From NCBI GenBank assembly GCA_965235115.1, contig OZ249453.1:7998001-8062000 (forward strand): 64,000 nucleotides of DNA, given 5' to 3'. A model generated the notes under the pieces. It was not told where the DNA came from. It made no database searches and saw only the letters and a list, made by a program, of their open reading frames with translations. The position numbers and the translations under genes were made by a program. This document shows positions 1 through 14,860 of the stretch, piece after piece. The DNA comes from Laetmonice hystrix (taxonomy: Eukaryota). How positions within the stretch are numbered: position 1 is the first letter of the stretch; each line of letters opens with the position of its first letter.

Positions 1-237
1 GTCCCGGACAATAGCGGGACATAGTTGTGATTCTTTAGGGCTAATTGAGAGAGTTCTCCCTAACGTTACTTCGCCCTCCTCATCCTGTGCCGGTATTTGA
101 GCGGTGTGACTTTGTAAGCTGGGAGGATGGTAGAATCAGCGGTTAATTAAACACCTGATTCACACCTGCCCACACCTGGATCCTCCAGCCCAGGTGAGCT
201 GGCTTTGATCTGGCTGTGACAGCTGTTTGATACCGAC

Positions 238-351
238 CCTGGTCCTGGTCAGGTCCTGGTCAGATCCTGGTCAGGTCCTGGTCAGATCCTGGTCAGATCC
301 TGGTCAGATCTTGGTCAGATCCTGGTCAGATCCTGGTCAGGTCCTGGTTAG
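238..351. repeat. Minisatellite, 11-bp unit CCTGGTCAG(A/G)T, ~10 copies
   Basis: Direct inspection. Confidence 0.9.
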
Positions 352-3010
352 GTAAGCAGGGTAAGATCGTACTCTGGTCTGTAATCCTGTGGTCTTCGGG
401 ATAAAACACATACACAGAGTTCACAAGAGGTTAGCTATCCTAGTGAACCTTGTCTTCTACAGGCGGGAGTAGTCCCTCAGCCGGGGTTAGCAACAGGTAC
501 AGGAGGAGTGCGCCGGTCACCACGCTGGGTTCTGACTGACTGACTGACTGACTGACCGCCAGGTGGCTGGACGTGGCTGAGTGACCAGCCCTGACCGCCC
601 ACACACGGGCCAGTCCCGTCCCGCTGGGAGATTACAACGCCAGGTCCTGGACCCTGCTGGGTTAGGTCCTGCTCGGTTCAGACCTGCCTTACCCATGTCT
701 GTCACACCAATTCTCACCTTACCCACCTACCGACCACCCCAGTACACCCCACCCCAACACCTATCAAACCACTCGTGCCCTCCGCCAAGCGGGTAATGCT
801 TGTTTAGGTCTCACACTACTGAGTCATGAGCACTAGAGTAATCAGGGTATAATTTAAACACCCCTGCCACTTACAGATTAACAGCCGGAGGCAGTAACCC
901 AGGGGGATTCCCCCTTACCCTGCTAATAAACCTTATAGAGCGGGTATTCCCCTGTATTATATACCTGCGGTAATGGTATATCTGCAGCCCGAAGATATCG
1001 CCTTTTAATCAACTTACCCATCTCAGAAAATCGTCGTTTCCATACTATTCCCCTAGGTGGCGTGACCGAGCAAACGTTCCCTCCCAAGTCCTTCATTCAC
1101 AATACATCCACATTGTACCTCCTTTAGTAACATTTTCTTGATACAGCAGATACCTAGGGGCAATGCTGCCCTTTCTATATACAATATTGATTAAACTTTC
1201 CAGTATATGTGCAAGTCACCTTGTCTTCCGAAAACCACCGACATAAGGTTGGCGCGTTACTCGAGTGTGAAATAACTTATTATGTCGTAAATCTGGCGAA
1301 GTTTGGCCTCCACACTCCTGGGTCGTCGGTATGGCCCGGTACCGACGTCAACATGTCTGTGGTCCGCAACGATTGCGGTGGGGAGGGGGGCTCCCCGTCT
1401 GATGGATATCCTGGCGGGATACCCAGCCTCGCTCTGAGATTAGCCTCGGTCTCACGCGGACAGACCGCAGTACACAGAATCCGTTAATCTTAACCCGTTT
1501 GGGGATCAACTCCTTAGTATTGCTTAGTCATCATGTAGCCTGGAACAGTTGAGCCTCTGGATTACCGAGGCCACGTGACGTGAAACAATATCACGTGATT
1601 CTAAACGCTATCACGTGATGAGTAGACCATATTATGACGGTAAAGTAAAATTTGGGGGCCTTGAAACTTCCGATGGCAACTAATCTTCCATGAACCATGT
1701 TACCAACTGTTCAACTGTTTACCAGATTTGTATCAAAATGACTCGATGGTGGCTTATAATGAAATCTCACGGTCCGAGAACGGTCACGTGGCATCACGTC
1801 ACATGACATGAGATCTCGCGTGGTTTCTGGAACCAACGAGAACAGGCTTCCGGAGATACTCGAACAGCAGCAGTTCCTGCTGAGGATATCAAAGCCAAGC
1901 TCTGATTACAATGGTCGTGACGTGGTCTATCAGTACCCTACCCTCACACCCCTCCATCAGGTTTATCCGGGGGTGGGGGGTACATTCAGCTCTCTGGATT
2001 ATCTTCAGGGATGAAAGCCAGCGTCATACATAGACGTGGTCGCCAAGGAGATGCAAGGATTCTTTTATTCTATCACAATTTTTAATAATTTTAATTAAAT
2101 CCTATTCATTCTTAATGAATACAACTGGTACATATCACAGACCAATCCATGGGTGAGAGGTACAAATTGAGAACGTATCCAAACATCTCGGAGGATTGGG
2201 AATATCGATATTGCTGTGTTTATAATGAACATCACCAATAACAAAGACTCATTATTGTATTCGCCGAGCCCTTTAGTGTCTGTCTGAGAGACCATTTCAG
2301 CCTACCTGTCCACAGAATCAGTTTCCAGTACTGATACATCAGACACAACTTACCCGGTATGTAAAAAACGAAAACGGTGAGCAAAACGGGGTACATGAGC
2401 TCATGCTCAGCCTTGCTCAGCTCAGCTCACCCTTGCTCACAGTGGAAAAGTAGACAAAAGAACCGGGCCCTGGTCAGCCTGGAACTCTGACATAATATTA
2501 TGATCTACACTCTATTCGATATTATACTCTAAAGTAAATCTTTCAATTCTTTCAGAAATTTTCAACTCTCAATAACCCCCTCCCATGGTTCCGACGCTCA
2601 CAATAACTGTGTACCCCGGTGAATCCACTCCACTGATCACCCTCGTGACTGCGCATGCCCGGAGTCCGAGTCTGCGCACAAACAGACACAGCTGCCTGTA
2701 GTCCAGGCACACCCTCACTGTCTGCCAACTACCGTTAGCTTTCAGGCCGAAATATTACCAGACGGGCAGCACTGACAGAGACAAATAAGCTTTTTCACAA
2801 ATTTTCCCCTTGGCTGGGAAAGAGGTTTATTCCCTGTGACGTTTTTCATCGCTGTTCCCTTTCGCAGTCGTTGTTTCGCTTGCCAAAGTCGTCTTCACTC
2901 AGTAGGAACACGTTTTTCCACGCTTCTTCCCTCTAAAATATGGCCTCAGTGCGCTAGCCTGCCAAAGTTTTTTTTTCTTCTGGAATTTATTGTTTCCAGA
3001 CAAGGAGGGA

Positions 3011-3980
3011 AAGTGATAAACTAGCATTCCCTGGCGTACAAAGGGGTATGGTGTCGTGTCTTTCTCTTGTGTACCTCTACGAACTCGGGCGTCTTCTAAA
3101 GTGATAAACTAGCATTCTCTGGCGTACAAAGGGGTGTGGTGTCGTGGCTTTCTCTTGTGTACCTCTACGAACTCGGGCGTCTTCTAAAGTCATAAACTAG
3201 CATTCCCTGGCGTACAAAGGGGTATGGTGTCGTGTCTTGCTCTTGTGTACCTCTACGAACTCGGGCGTCTTCTAAAGTGATAAACTAGCATTCTCTGGCG
3301 TACAAAGGGGTATGGTGTCGTGGCTTTCTCTTGTGTACCTCTACGAACTCGGGCGTCTTCTAAAGTGATAAACTAGCATTCCCTGGCGTACAAAGGGGTA
3401 TGGTGTCGTGTCTTGCTCTTGTGTACCTCTACGAACTCGGGCGTCTTCTAAAGTCATAAACTAGCATTCCCTGGCGTACAAAGGGGTATGGTGTCATGTC
3501 TTGCTCTTGTGTACCTCTACGAACTCGGGCGTCTTCTAAAGTGATAAACTAGCATTCTCTGGCGTACAAAGGGGTATGGTGTCGTGGCTTTCTCTTGTGT
3601 ACCTCTACGAACTCGGGCGTCTTCTAAAGTGATAAACTAGCATTCTCTGGCGTACAAAGGGGTATGGTGTCATGTCTTTCTCTTGTGTACCTCTACGAAC
3701 TCGGGCGTCTTCTAAAGTGATAAACTAGCATTCCCTGGCGTACAAAGGGGTATGGTGGCGTGTCTTTCTCTTGTGTACCTCTACGAACTCGGGCGTCTTC
3801 TAAAGTGATAAACTAGCATTCTCTGGCGTACAAAGGGGTATGGTGTCGTGGCTTTCTCTTGTGTACCTCTACGAACTCGGGCGTCTTCTAAAGTGATAAA
3901 CTCGCATTCTCTGGCGTACAAAGAGGTATGGTGGCGTGTCTTTCTCTTGTGTACCTCTACGAACTCGGGCGTCTTCTAAA
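3011..3980. repeat. Minisatellite, 88-bp unit, 11 copies with patchwork variants
   Basis: AAAGT(G/C)ATAAACT recurs every 88 bp. Confidence 0.97.
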
Positions 3981-5822
3981 TCACAGATCAACCCCGATAC
4001 GCGAACACTGAATTGTGATTGACCACACTGGAAATATACTTATGATGAAAACAAAGTGGAGAGACCAAAATACAAAACTTATGATTTTTCAATCATAACT
4101 TCACTTTTTGTTCTCCGTAGATACTGCATGGTACGACATAACTGGACTATAGCAACGACTGTTGTCTTTTAAGTAATATTACGCATTAACTAACTGGTAT
4201 CTAAATGACACCTCTACCTGCCAGTATAAGTCTGGTTCGTAACAACCCCCTCCTGCAGAGTAACATGATTCAAGGGGTGTTAAAACACGCCGCCCCTCCA
4301 TCCAACCACTTTTTTCTATAGAAATACCTTTAAACGGCCCTGGTTAATTTGCAGTGGTAACTTTAATAGCCGCTGGACGGGTGTTTTTTTCTCGGTCGGG
4401 TGGTGCCGTATTGAAGGCACCCTGCAGCCTTTGTGCTCTACAAAAACAGCAGTCACGGCCCATGATGCCCCGAATCTAACTCACACTTGTCCTCAGTGCT
4501 ATCTGGTACCGACACAAAATAATGTCCGCCAATCAAAAAGCTTCATACAGACGCACTCGGTTACGTTACAAAATCAAAATGGTGCCCTCCATGGATGAGA
4601 ATGATAGGCCTACTACAATCTGATGGAGAAAGCTGATTGGTTCCAGTAAGCAGGTCACAGATGACGCTAACTTGACCTGTTTCTGGGGAAGGTTCAATTA
4701 AACCCCTCAAGGTCTTTTATCAAAACCGAATCCACCGGCACAAACGGCACCCAGGTTCAATGAGGTACGGCCAGGTGACCCCACCTACCCTCCCAGATAC
4801 ATAAACAAGGTCGCCTTCCTAACATGGTACGGTAAAGAAACCGAGTCATAATCCATAAATATCTCCCAGCATCAAGGACAGGCAATTTTCCGGCCGCGGC
4901 GAACTTCCCAGTTGTGACAGATAGCGGCCAAGTATTCGGCCACTGCGCACGAAGCTGAGGCCGGATGATAACAATGCATCACATAACCCTACCGTAATGA
5001 GCCAATCACAGTACCCGCCTATGGCCTGCCCCCCCGAGCTCAGCCAACTCATGGAATGCTGCCTCTGCCTGTACTCTTGCTGAGTTATGTAAACATATTA
5101 AACAGAAAAATACAAGATAAATCATAACTACGGCTAAAATACATCAATGTGGAGGTATAAAAAAAAGATTGTTGCTGCAATATATCCAGGGAACGAGGAA
5201 TAGTTTATGTTTTAATCAGGGTTATGTCTCTGATCATTTTTTACGACACTCATCAGCAGATAATTGCATGCAACTAATAATGTTGTTGAATAACGCAATT
5301 CACCAGCCAACGTCACCCCCCCCCTTCCCGGGCTGTCTCAGAGGTCCATGTTGGGCGACTCTTAAATGTCTAAACGAAAAATAGGCTATATCTTAATTTA
5401 GTCATCATGTGGCAGTTATACGAGCGAATACCATGGTTCAGTACCATGGTTGAGTGGACACGGGTGAGTCCCAACGATGACCACCACCACAGAAGTGGTG
5501 GCAAGCTCTATTGGGATCGCTCGTGTCGGTATTGGTAGACAGAGCTTTGGTTCGCCTCGGCTGTCTACCAATACCGCCACTCGTCTGTGCACCTCATCAA
5601 CCTCGGTGGACCTCAATACTCGGGTTTATACCCTCTTGTTTCGGCCCACCTCGGTATGATGTGACACATCGGTGGACCTCAACACCTGGGTTGACACCCT
5701 CTTGTCTTGGCCCACCTCGCGTCACGAGTCGACATGTCGACTACTTGTACAGTGCTGTACACATTTCTCACCGAAGTTGCGTCGAATATAATGTAAGGAA
5801 CCTGGAAGGTTCTAACTGCACA

Positions 5823-6038
5823 TAATAAATAATATATTTTTAATTATCTAAATTATTGAAAACGTAATACATCGAATTATTTATTAAATATATGAGAAAT
5901 TACACGGACTCGTCTTTTCTGAAACAGCTCACTAGAGGCGCTGCTAAACCACGTGCAAGAAATTACCTATTTTTATTCCAACTCACAGCAGAAAGCGGTC
6001 AAGGTTGATCATTGGCACCTCCATGAAAAGGTGGTCAC
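5823..6038 (+). repeat. Interspersed repeat, copy 1 (~215 bp)
   Basis: Collinear with 60941-61138, sharing blocks such as GAAATTACACGGACTCGTCTTTTCTGA and GCAGAAAGCGGTCAAGGTTGATCATTGGCACC. Confidence 0.85.
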
Positions 6039-9000
6039 TTAGAGGTGTTCGCCATTCATTTCTCTGTATGTCCTTCAACCCCCAGACATCAGCCTAACGT
6101 GGATTTATCCTGAATTACTAAAATCTATATGCTGATCATTAGCCTCCATTCCCCACACCCTTGGCCTTCATCGTCTCCACAAGTCGCCCTTCCTAAAGTC
6201 TGACTTTATGAGAAGAGACTATTTTTTAAATGATGCTTTGTTTTATCTTACATGAGTCATAGAAGAGTTTTCGTTTCACACAATGACCTCGAAGTTCCAT
6301 GACCAGTAGATTTAGAGAGACATTCCCATTCCCTGAGATCATTCTGCCACATACACGTACTGATCAAACCAATTCACTTCCTCTCCAGAAGTCTCCCACA
6401 GAAAACCCATTCATAGGAAGGTCATCCCAGTGATATATAACTAACAGAGACCTCATACAAATGACGCCAGTATCTGCTGTCAGTTTTTTTTTTACAAATC
6501 CTGCAGCCAGACTGCAACTACAGTTCTTTGTTGTTAGCGCCCATCATATGAACTACGCCTTTTCTTTTTACAAATGAGAAAGAGTGATTTTTCTTGTCTC
6601 CAGTGGTCCCAGAAAGCACCGCCTGAACAATGCGGTTTGCGAGAACCACAATGTAATCTCGAGTAAGGCTGGACATGAAGCGTAATCTCATAGTTTCCGC
6701 GAAGTAAATAATGGCAATAGCTTCCTTAGTGGGCGGCAGACAGCATCCTTGGCTTATCTTTTATTATGCCGGCCAGAACGAGTGGGAAGAAATGCCATTG
6801 TCAGTACAGCATGGCGTCTTGTCGTTGTGGGGATGTCCTCACAAGGCAGATAGTCCTCATTAAACAATGAGCTGTCAACAATGTCCCCTCAAGGACCCAA
6901 TGGCCATGTGCGAAGTTCTTCTGTACCATTTGTCATCTCAGACCATACAAGCCTTTCAGCTGATCCTCACGAAAAGAACCTTTTAATTTTAATGTTCTTA
7001 TTCCCTCAGTATTAAATTGTTGTGGTTGTCAGTTGTGCATAATGTGAGGAAATTTCTGGATCATTCTTCCAGTTCCCCAGACCAACCGATTCCCCTTTCT
7101 GACCCCCCCCCCCCGCACATTTACACACAATAGACGCCGTCCGTATATTTGTACATCTCTACTGACTCTGTCTCAATCCTTGCCCCACTCTTCATAACGA
7201 CACGGGAACATTTACAACTTGTCCGGCGGATACTTGGAAGAGCCTCTTTGACATGAATAAATCTTTCTGGCTTTAAACGTATCCAGCTCAAAAGCAATCA
7301 TAGAGAAATATTCTGAAGTAAATATAAAGAAGTATTTAAGTATCTGCAGTTGCACATCAGCAAAATGTTGCAACTTGTGTAAACTGAGCGGATAGCCGTG
7401 AGAAGAAAGGACTTTTTCGTTACAGGTAAATCTGTGAGCTGTTCACCACTTCACTCCTATACCGTGGTGTCTCTCTCAGGTTACGTTGGGTCTTTGTGTG
7501 TTCACTTACATCTTTATTCGTGAGGCAGACGGCCGTGACACACCATCTGAATGGTGCGCCATCTAACGGCACTTAGAATGTTTACCAGCGGGTTTACACA
7601 ACCCTGTCACGTGACCAACAATGACGCGAAGACGTGATGCGCGCAGGTGACAAACAGGACGTATTTTTGACATCAATATTTGATGCATTCAGTGACGGCA
7701 AGAACAACCAACTGTTACCGCTTGACAACGTGTGTGATTGTGATCGAATAACTCAAATACTGCAGGCTGCACATGGTCCTGTCTGGGACTGGTGGCGGGC
7801 AGCAGACACCGGCAATGTAACTGTGTAAACTTTGCTAGGCATCTGGTTGACGACGTTATTTGTGTCGGGAGAAGTTGAACAAACAGTGCACCTGAAGACC
7901 GCCTAACCATGGCAGGGCAGGACACGGTTGCCAGTTTTGTAGGTGTTTGGGCAGTTAAAGACTCTTGGCGCGTTTCTTTAGACATGCTTAACTTGTCTGT
8001 CATTCAAACAATCCACTTTTTTAACCCAGGACAACAAAAGGCCTCAAAGGCAGCAAGAACGGCAAGTGTCTGGAATACCTGGACCGGCTTTGAAGGGGAA
8101 ACCTGTGGGATCGGTGAAGGGTCGAGGAGTACTTGAAAGGCTGAAAGGATAGCATGAGATTTAACTCTCCTCACAATGGATCAGGAGATAATCCCTTAAA
8201 ATCTAGGAGAAATCCCTCATGTAGCTAATCCTACCCATGTACACCGTATTCAGAATATCTATCCCTTGATGAACCTGCACATTCTCCCGAACTTTCCACC
8301 ACACTGGTTCCAAGAACTCCCACCAGGCGGACATATCTTGAATTCCTCCGCCAGGTGGCAGGTCAGCCAGGTTAATCCCTATACTCTCCTTTAACTGGTC
8401 TTTCGTCCCAGACGCTCTTCATCTGAATAATTATTCATGCATGGTCACGGAAACTTCACGGCCTTTCAAAGTTTTTATTAGTAGAAGAAAACATGCGCTC
8501 TAGCAAGCATGAACAAGTTTAAATGACAGGAGATTTATAGCAACGCACATATTTTATCCTAATAGGTTTACAAGGTTGCAACATCTTACTGAAACACGAA
8601 AACATTGCATGATAGTCCTCCAATCTTGTATGGTGAGCAAATACTATAAATCGTGATTAATACGATATGCAGCCTCCCTCCTCCCAACCTCCGTCACTCA
8701 ACGAACCTCGACACTGACCTGAACGGAATAACAACATAAAAACTCACTTAGACTACCAATACTGACTGAATGAACCAAATTACACCAAACAAGGCGTCAA
8801 TATAACTCCGATCTCTACAGCAGTAGTGGGTTTCAACATCGACAACCCCAAACTCTCTCGTCATCTCTCAGCGTCCGAGTTTACCTAGACGGCTGACATT
8901 GCACAATGCTCTTCAGCGGCGAGCTCGGCGTTGTTTGCTCTCCCGTCAGACACATAGAATAGAGACAGAGAATAGAGACAGGCGGTAGAGCGTCTAGTCC

Positions 9001-9785
9001 TCCACCTCCGCCTCTATCTCTATACATGCCACGGCGTGAAAAGATGTGCATTTGTAAAGTAGAATTGATGCAGATTCGGTTTGTAAACATGGCGCGCCAT
9101 GGAAAAGTTGACATGAACCTTTATGACTCCCAGCAAGGCGCCGCTACTCTAGGCTAGGCAGTTCAAAAGGCCTGTACCTGGCTGATGTCAAGACTACGGT
9201 ATTGAGGCTAGTCCCCAAAGGTCGAATTCCCACGAATGGTACGGCTAGGGGTAAGGTTTAGGGGAGGTCTGGAGTTTTGGGTCTAGGAGTAGTGATATGT
9301 TTCTAGTTGCATCCGATTTCATGAATTGTCACCACAGGGAATGTACAGGTATACAACTGCCATATCGCCGAGTTCGGGGCCACGTTCACTCCAAGTAGAG
9401 ACGAATCTAAAGGGGTCTACTGGTACACATACCATGAATAACGTATGTAAATTGTTAAGGATTACAGTACAGACATTTCTGCTGTGCCAAGAATCGATTC
9501 CCCATTCTCCATTTAATGATTTCAACAGCTGTTATACAACTCTCCAGTTCGTTCTGAAAATACACTGTCTTGTGATAAAATCCCGTTATCTTCATTAAGA
9601 CTGCTACGAACTTGGCTAGATTTATCGATATTTGTAATATTACAGCACGATGCTTCGGACAAAAGAACTTAGAATTTTGTGGTTAATGCATTTCTCCGAG
9701 CCAGATACGAGTATGTTGTAAGAAGATCATCAGGTTTTCCAATATTCAATCCTGTTTCACGGCCAACCAACCTGTTTTTCTCCCT

Positions 9786-9982
9786 TTACCAAACATTATG
9801 ACTGATCGCAATGGCGGATCCCGTCACTGAGCTGGTGGCGGAGATCTTGGGGTATGCTATGTTAGATTTCAGCAGATCTTTTGGTACTTTCCCGACATAG
9901 CGAGAATAAAACACGGAGAGGAGAGGACGGAGTCGGGAATTGAAATCTCTTGTCTGTGATCTCCGACTGGGGCGGTTCGGGT
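9786..9982 (-). CDS. Candidate terminal exon, unidentified
   Basis: ttaccgttttcag| acceptor. All three frames stay open for 37-65 codons, so the frame is undetermined. Confidence 0.2.
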
Positions 9983-10102
9983 CTGAAAACGGTAAACCAC
10001 CTGTGACACGGTCCATTCGTTTGTCTTCACCCCCCGCCCCCAGCCCCCTGGACTGGCCACTCCAGGCCCACTCCAACCCCCCAGCCCACTGGACTGGCCA
10101 CA

Positions 10103-11408
10103 CCAAGCCCACCACCCAGACTCACACTCCAAGCCCACCACTCAGACTCACACACCAAGCCCACCACCCAGACTCACACTCCAAGCCCACCACTCAGACT
10201 CACACTCCAAGCCCACCACTCAGACTCACACTCCAAGCCCACCACTCAGACTCACACTCCAAGCCCACCACTGAGACTCACACTCCAAGCCCACCACTGA
10301 GACTCACACTCCATGCCCACCACTCAGACTCACACTCCAAGCCCACCACTCAGACTCACACTCCAAGCCCACCACTCAGACTCACACTCCAAGCCCACCA
10401 CTGAGACTCGCACTCCAAGCCCACCACTGAGACTCACACTCCAAGCCCACCACTCAGACTCACACTCCAAGCCCACCACTCAGACTCACACTCCAAGCCC
10501 ACCACTCAGACTCACACTCCAAGCCCACCACTCAGACTCACACTCCAAGCCCACCACTCAGACTCACACTCCAAGCCCACCACTCAGACTCACACTCCAA
10601 GCCCACCACTCAGACTCACACTCCAAGCCCACCACTCAGACTCACACTCCAAGCCCACCACTCAGACTCACACTCCAAGCCCACCACTCAGACTCACACT
10701 CCAAGCCCACCACTCAGACTCACACTCCAAGCCCACCACTCAGACTCACACTCCAAGCCCACCACTCAGACTCACACTCCAAGCCCACCACTCAGACTCA
10801 CACTCCAAGCCCACCACTCAGACTCACACTCCAAGCCCACCACTCAGACTCACACTCCAAGCCCACCACTCAGACTCACACTCCTAGCCCACCACTGAGA
10901 CTCACACTCCAAGCCCACCACTCAGACTCACACTCCAAGCCCACCACTGAGACTCACACTCCAAGCCCACCACTGAGACTCACACTCCATGCCCACCACT
11001 CAGACTCACACTCCAAGCCCACCACTCAGACTCACACTCCAAGCCCACCACTCAGACTCACACTCCATGCCCACCACTCAGACTCACACTCCAAGCCCAC
11101 CACTGAGACTCACACTCCAAGCCCACCACTCAGACTCACACTCCAAGCCCACCACCCAGACTCACACTCCAAGCCCACCACTTAGACTCACACTCCAAGC
11201 CCACCACTCAGACTCACACTCCAAGCCCACCACTCAGACTCACACTCCATGCCCACCACTCAGACTCACACTCCAAGCCCACCACTCAGACTCACACTCC
11301 AAGCCCACCACTCAGACTCACACTCCAAGCCCACCACTCAGACTCACACTCCAAGCCCACCACTCAGACTCACACTCCAAGCCCACCACTCAGACTCACA
11401 CTCCAAGC
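10103..11408. repeat. Minisatellite, 26-bp unit CCAAGCCCACCACTCAGACTCACACT, ~50 copies
   Basis: Direct inspection. Source of ORFs 10313..11185 and neighbours. Confidence 0.98.
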
Positions 11409-11955
11409 GCCCGGTCCCCATTAAGGGATCCTCGACCGTCCAGACACACTCATCACTTAAATTAGACAACCAAATCCACCGATCAAATTAATGCACCACA
11501 ATCCTCCCAACGGCCGGCGACAAGACTTGAATAATGAGCTATTCAGTTCATCAAAATGCCAACCTTCCTCTCCACAAATAAAGCCTGAAGGTAGAACAAT
11601 TAAATTCTACATCTTCACTGATCTAGTCGTCTGAAAATATTACAAAATACAACGACTTCCTTTTTCAACGATATTCTAAGAAATCCGGAATAAATTTGGA
11701 ATTTCATGAATTCCGGCCAAACGGTAATCAGGGGTTGCTCCAGGCTTTTCTTTCTTCAGTCACCCCCCCCCCCATGAAAGAAAAATATTTCTTACTTTTT
11801 ACCCCCAAACAACCCCCAAAATTCTCCAGGGAACTCTGCTAACTGTAACCTCTCCGTTGTGTCGAACTGAAGGATTATTCCCTTCAGCTGGGTTAATCCA
11901 GACTATATATGCTATACGTTCTCTGGTTAATCCCACTGGATTAATCCCGACCTAC

Positions 11956-12241
11956 CTGTGACCCGACGGTTGGGACCACATACTGACAGGACGCCGCTTC
12001 CGGTGGCGGGGCGGCGTCTGCTGGTGGCGCCCCCTAGTGCGTGCCCCCTGTTTCTGCATGTCGACGTACCCATCGAGCCACATCGCACTCCATTCACGCT
12101 CGGTCTCAGCCCCTAAAGATTTCACCCGCCCCCCTCGGGTATCAAGAGGGGTCTTGGCGTCCTTGGGTTTTTTCTTGGTCCAGTATGTTGATGCCATGTT
12201 GATCATGGTTCCCATACTGGGGTGGCGGGTGCCGCCTCGGT
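11956..12241 (-). CDS. Candidate exon, unidentified (...WTKKKPKDAKTPLDTRGG...WSAMWLDGYVDMQKQG...)
   Basis: catactgcag| ... cacag|gtaggt, 286 nt, phase 1/2, open frame, protein-like composition. No family recognised. Confidence 0.3.
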
Positions 12242-14405
12242 CTGCAGTATGGTCAGGTCAGACTCGAGGACAGGAGCTACGTCTGACGTACTACGGAGGT
12301 CACGTGACGTGACGTCTAGCCGGAAGTCTGGTGAAGCACGAGATCTCGCGATGATAGCGATGAGGATGAGTCTAACCAATCACAGCTGTTGACGATGTCC
12401 ACCTGGCGGGACTTCCGGTCACTGACCTTTGTCTTCAGTCGGGTACATCCCTTCCCGGCTACCACTGCGACTGGCAACGTCCGGTAGCACCTCACTCCGA
12501 CCCCCTTACATACAACACACACTCCCAACCTCCGCCTGAAGTACTTCAGTACGGGTTCCTGGGGCTGTAAGCACGTGGCCACATCCTGTGATAATATTTA
12601 ATCCAGGTATATTGGTAGCAGGCCGTTCAGGAAGGATGTGTGATGTATAGAGAGTTCTCGCTCTCGACCTGCAGTCAGTCCCTGCGATGGTCTGGTCCAC
12701 ATGGCTTACTGATGGCTGCTTCTCCTCACAGTCGAACCTCAGCCTTGCTCACTGGTGCCCCCTCTCAGGGCCTCCTTCAGGGGTTGGAGGAGGGGGGAGG
12801 GGCCCCCTACAGACTCTCATCTCTCAGTCAGTAAATCACCAGTCATGTGCCGTGCACATTGTAGTTGGTTGTCGCCCCCTGTTGGTTGTTCGGTTATCCT
12901 CCACTGATGTCCAGCCTGCTGTCTGCTGAGTGTGGCGGCGGTGGTGGTGGTGGTGGTGGTGGTGGTGGTGGTGCCCCCCCCTCCTCCCCCGACACTGACG
13001 GCCAATCGGCAGCCGTCCCGCCCCCGGTCGGCGACCAATCCTAGCCCCGGCCTCCCTGCGCCCGTCTGCCGGTCTGCGCTCACCCTGACTCCGTTCATAT
13101 CGACTCGGTCAACAAGCCCCGGTCTCCACCACTGACTACCCTCGCTCCTCACACCGCCGCCACATTCCTGACAGGTACACGTCACGTCAGTCTGGTTGTT
13201 TTTCAAGATGATTTGCATATCAGTGGCGTATCGTTGTGTAAACTTGTTTCCTGTGGCTAATTATCCATTCCCGGCCTACATGTGTGTTACAAGCCCTGAG
13301 ATGCTTGTATGCATGCCAGCAAAATCTGATGAATCATGTAAGTCTGGTACGACATCAGTTATAAAGGCACATGATATGGAGATCGCAATTATCTCATGCA
13401 TGATACATGATTTCAGAATACTGACTCGAATGTTATTATTTAAAGAACAATTTTTTTGATATAAATATATAAATAAATGTCTATACTGCTCCTCTGAAAC
13501 TGGGCGAAAGGAGCGGCACGATCTATAGCGTGGGGGAATATGGGAATACGGGAATATGGGACGCGAGTTGACTGAGGAACATCTGCTTTGGGACAGCCAG
13601 AGACTGGGACGAATAGTCGCTGGGTTTCTACAACTGAGTCAAGATAAATTCCATGACGTTTCCATGACTCCGATCCCGATTTTCAAGGGCTACTGGTCAA
13701 CCACTAAGGCCCTGAAATCTTGGTCGGCGACACGGAGTAAGGAAGATTTTAAGCTATTCCTACTCGCGAATCTACTTGAGTTCTCTGAAAACTTCCAAGG
13801 ATTTCCCTAAAACCCATACGAACCGTGCTGTCGACACGCCAGTTTTCTGGGTGTGTGCTCGTCCACTGATATTTCACGGTCACCGCCAGCACAATGTCAT
13901 GGAGACAATGTAAATATTGGTTCTAATACTGGGCCGTGAATACGACGGACGGCTGCGAGGTTTGAACTATAACGGCATTCATGTCCTGGGATACGGAACG
14001 GTCGTAAAGTCTCACACCGAACGCTCACCACACATATAACTACACACGCCTCCATCCTACCGTACCGTCATACATGTTGGTCGGGATCACTGGTCGTGAG
14101 CTGGCTCACCATGGATCAATAAATGTTGGGAAGGACACAGTTTAGCTTTCCTTCCATACATATATTGCACGAATTGCGAGAAAGACCAGAAAAGGCAATA
14201 TTTCTTATTGCTTTCCTTCAGGGTTGCTCATGAACAGGTCAATAGACGTCAAGGGCTATTGCCTATGGCGGGTGTCATTCCCGGGATAAAATAAAAGAAA
14301 TAGACCAACAAATCAACAACTAGAGGTGATTTTATAGGATAAGTCGGAGAGAGGCTCACTGTGATCCATGAAACTGAAATTAACGTCATCTGGATATATA
14401 TGTAT

Positions 14406-14860
14406 ACAGTCAGAGCGCTATAATATCTCCCTTCCTTCAATAGTACAGCAGTCAGAGCACTATAATATCTCCCTTCCATCAATAGTACAACAGTCAGAGC
14501 ACTATAATATCTCCCTTCCTTCAATAGTACAACAGTCAGAGCGCTATAATATCTCCCTTCCATCAATAGTACAACAGTCAGAGCACTATAATATCTCCCT
14601 TCCTTCAATAGCACAACAGTCAGAGCGCTATAATATTTCCCTTCCGTCAATAGTACAACAGTCAGAGCGCTATAATATCTCCCTTCCATCAATAGTACAA
14701 CAGTCAGAGCACTATAATATCTCCCTTCCAACAGTAGAAGTGCGTATAATCTCTTCCATCTATAGTACAACAGTAGAAGTGCGTATAATCTCTTCTACCA
14801 ATAGTACAACAGTAGAAGTGCGTATAATCTCTTCCATCAATAGTACAACAGAAGAAGTGC
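14406..14860. repeat. Compound minisatellite: ~7.5 x 42-bp unit followed by ~3 x related 39-bp unit
   Basis: ACAGTCAGAGC(A/G)CTATAATATCTCCCTTCC... switches to ACAGTAGAAGTGCGTATAATCTCTTCC... at ~14731. Confidence 0.95.

Noticed and set aside
464-540. Possible plus-strand terminal exon (GSSPSAGVSNRYRRSAPVTTLGSD*) after cttgtcttctacag, with AATAAA at 925
   Set aside because: The frame cannot be fixed without upstream exons outside the window, and it runs into a (CTGA)n microsatellite.
1570-1810. Cluster of CACGTG/TCACGTGA E-boxes (CLEAR-like)
   Set aside because: No gene start can be assigned, and such palindromes are common in MITE subtermini. The weak GCCACGTGAC inverted pair suggests a TE relic.
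8230-8420. Protein-like frames on both strands (e.g. minus KESIGINLADLPPGGGIQDMSAWWEFLEPVWW)
   Set aside because: No usable acceptor in that frame and no recognised family. The segment also contains a CTCF-like site at 8348. A blastx would settle it.
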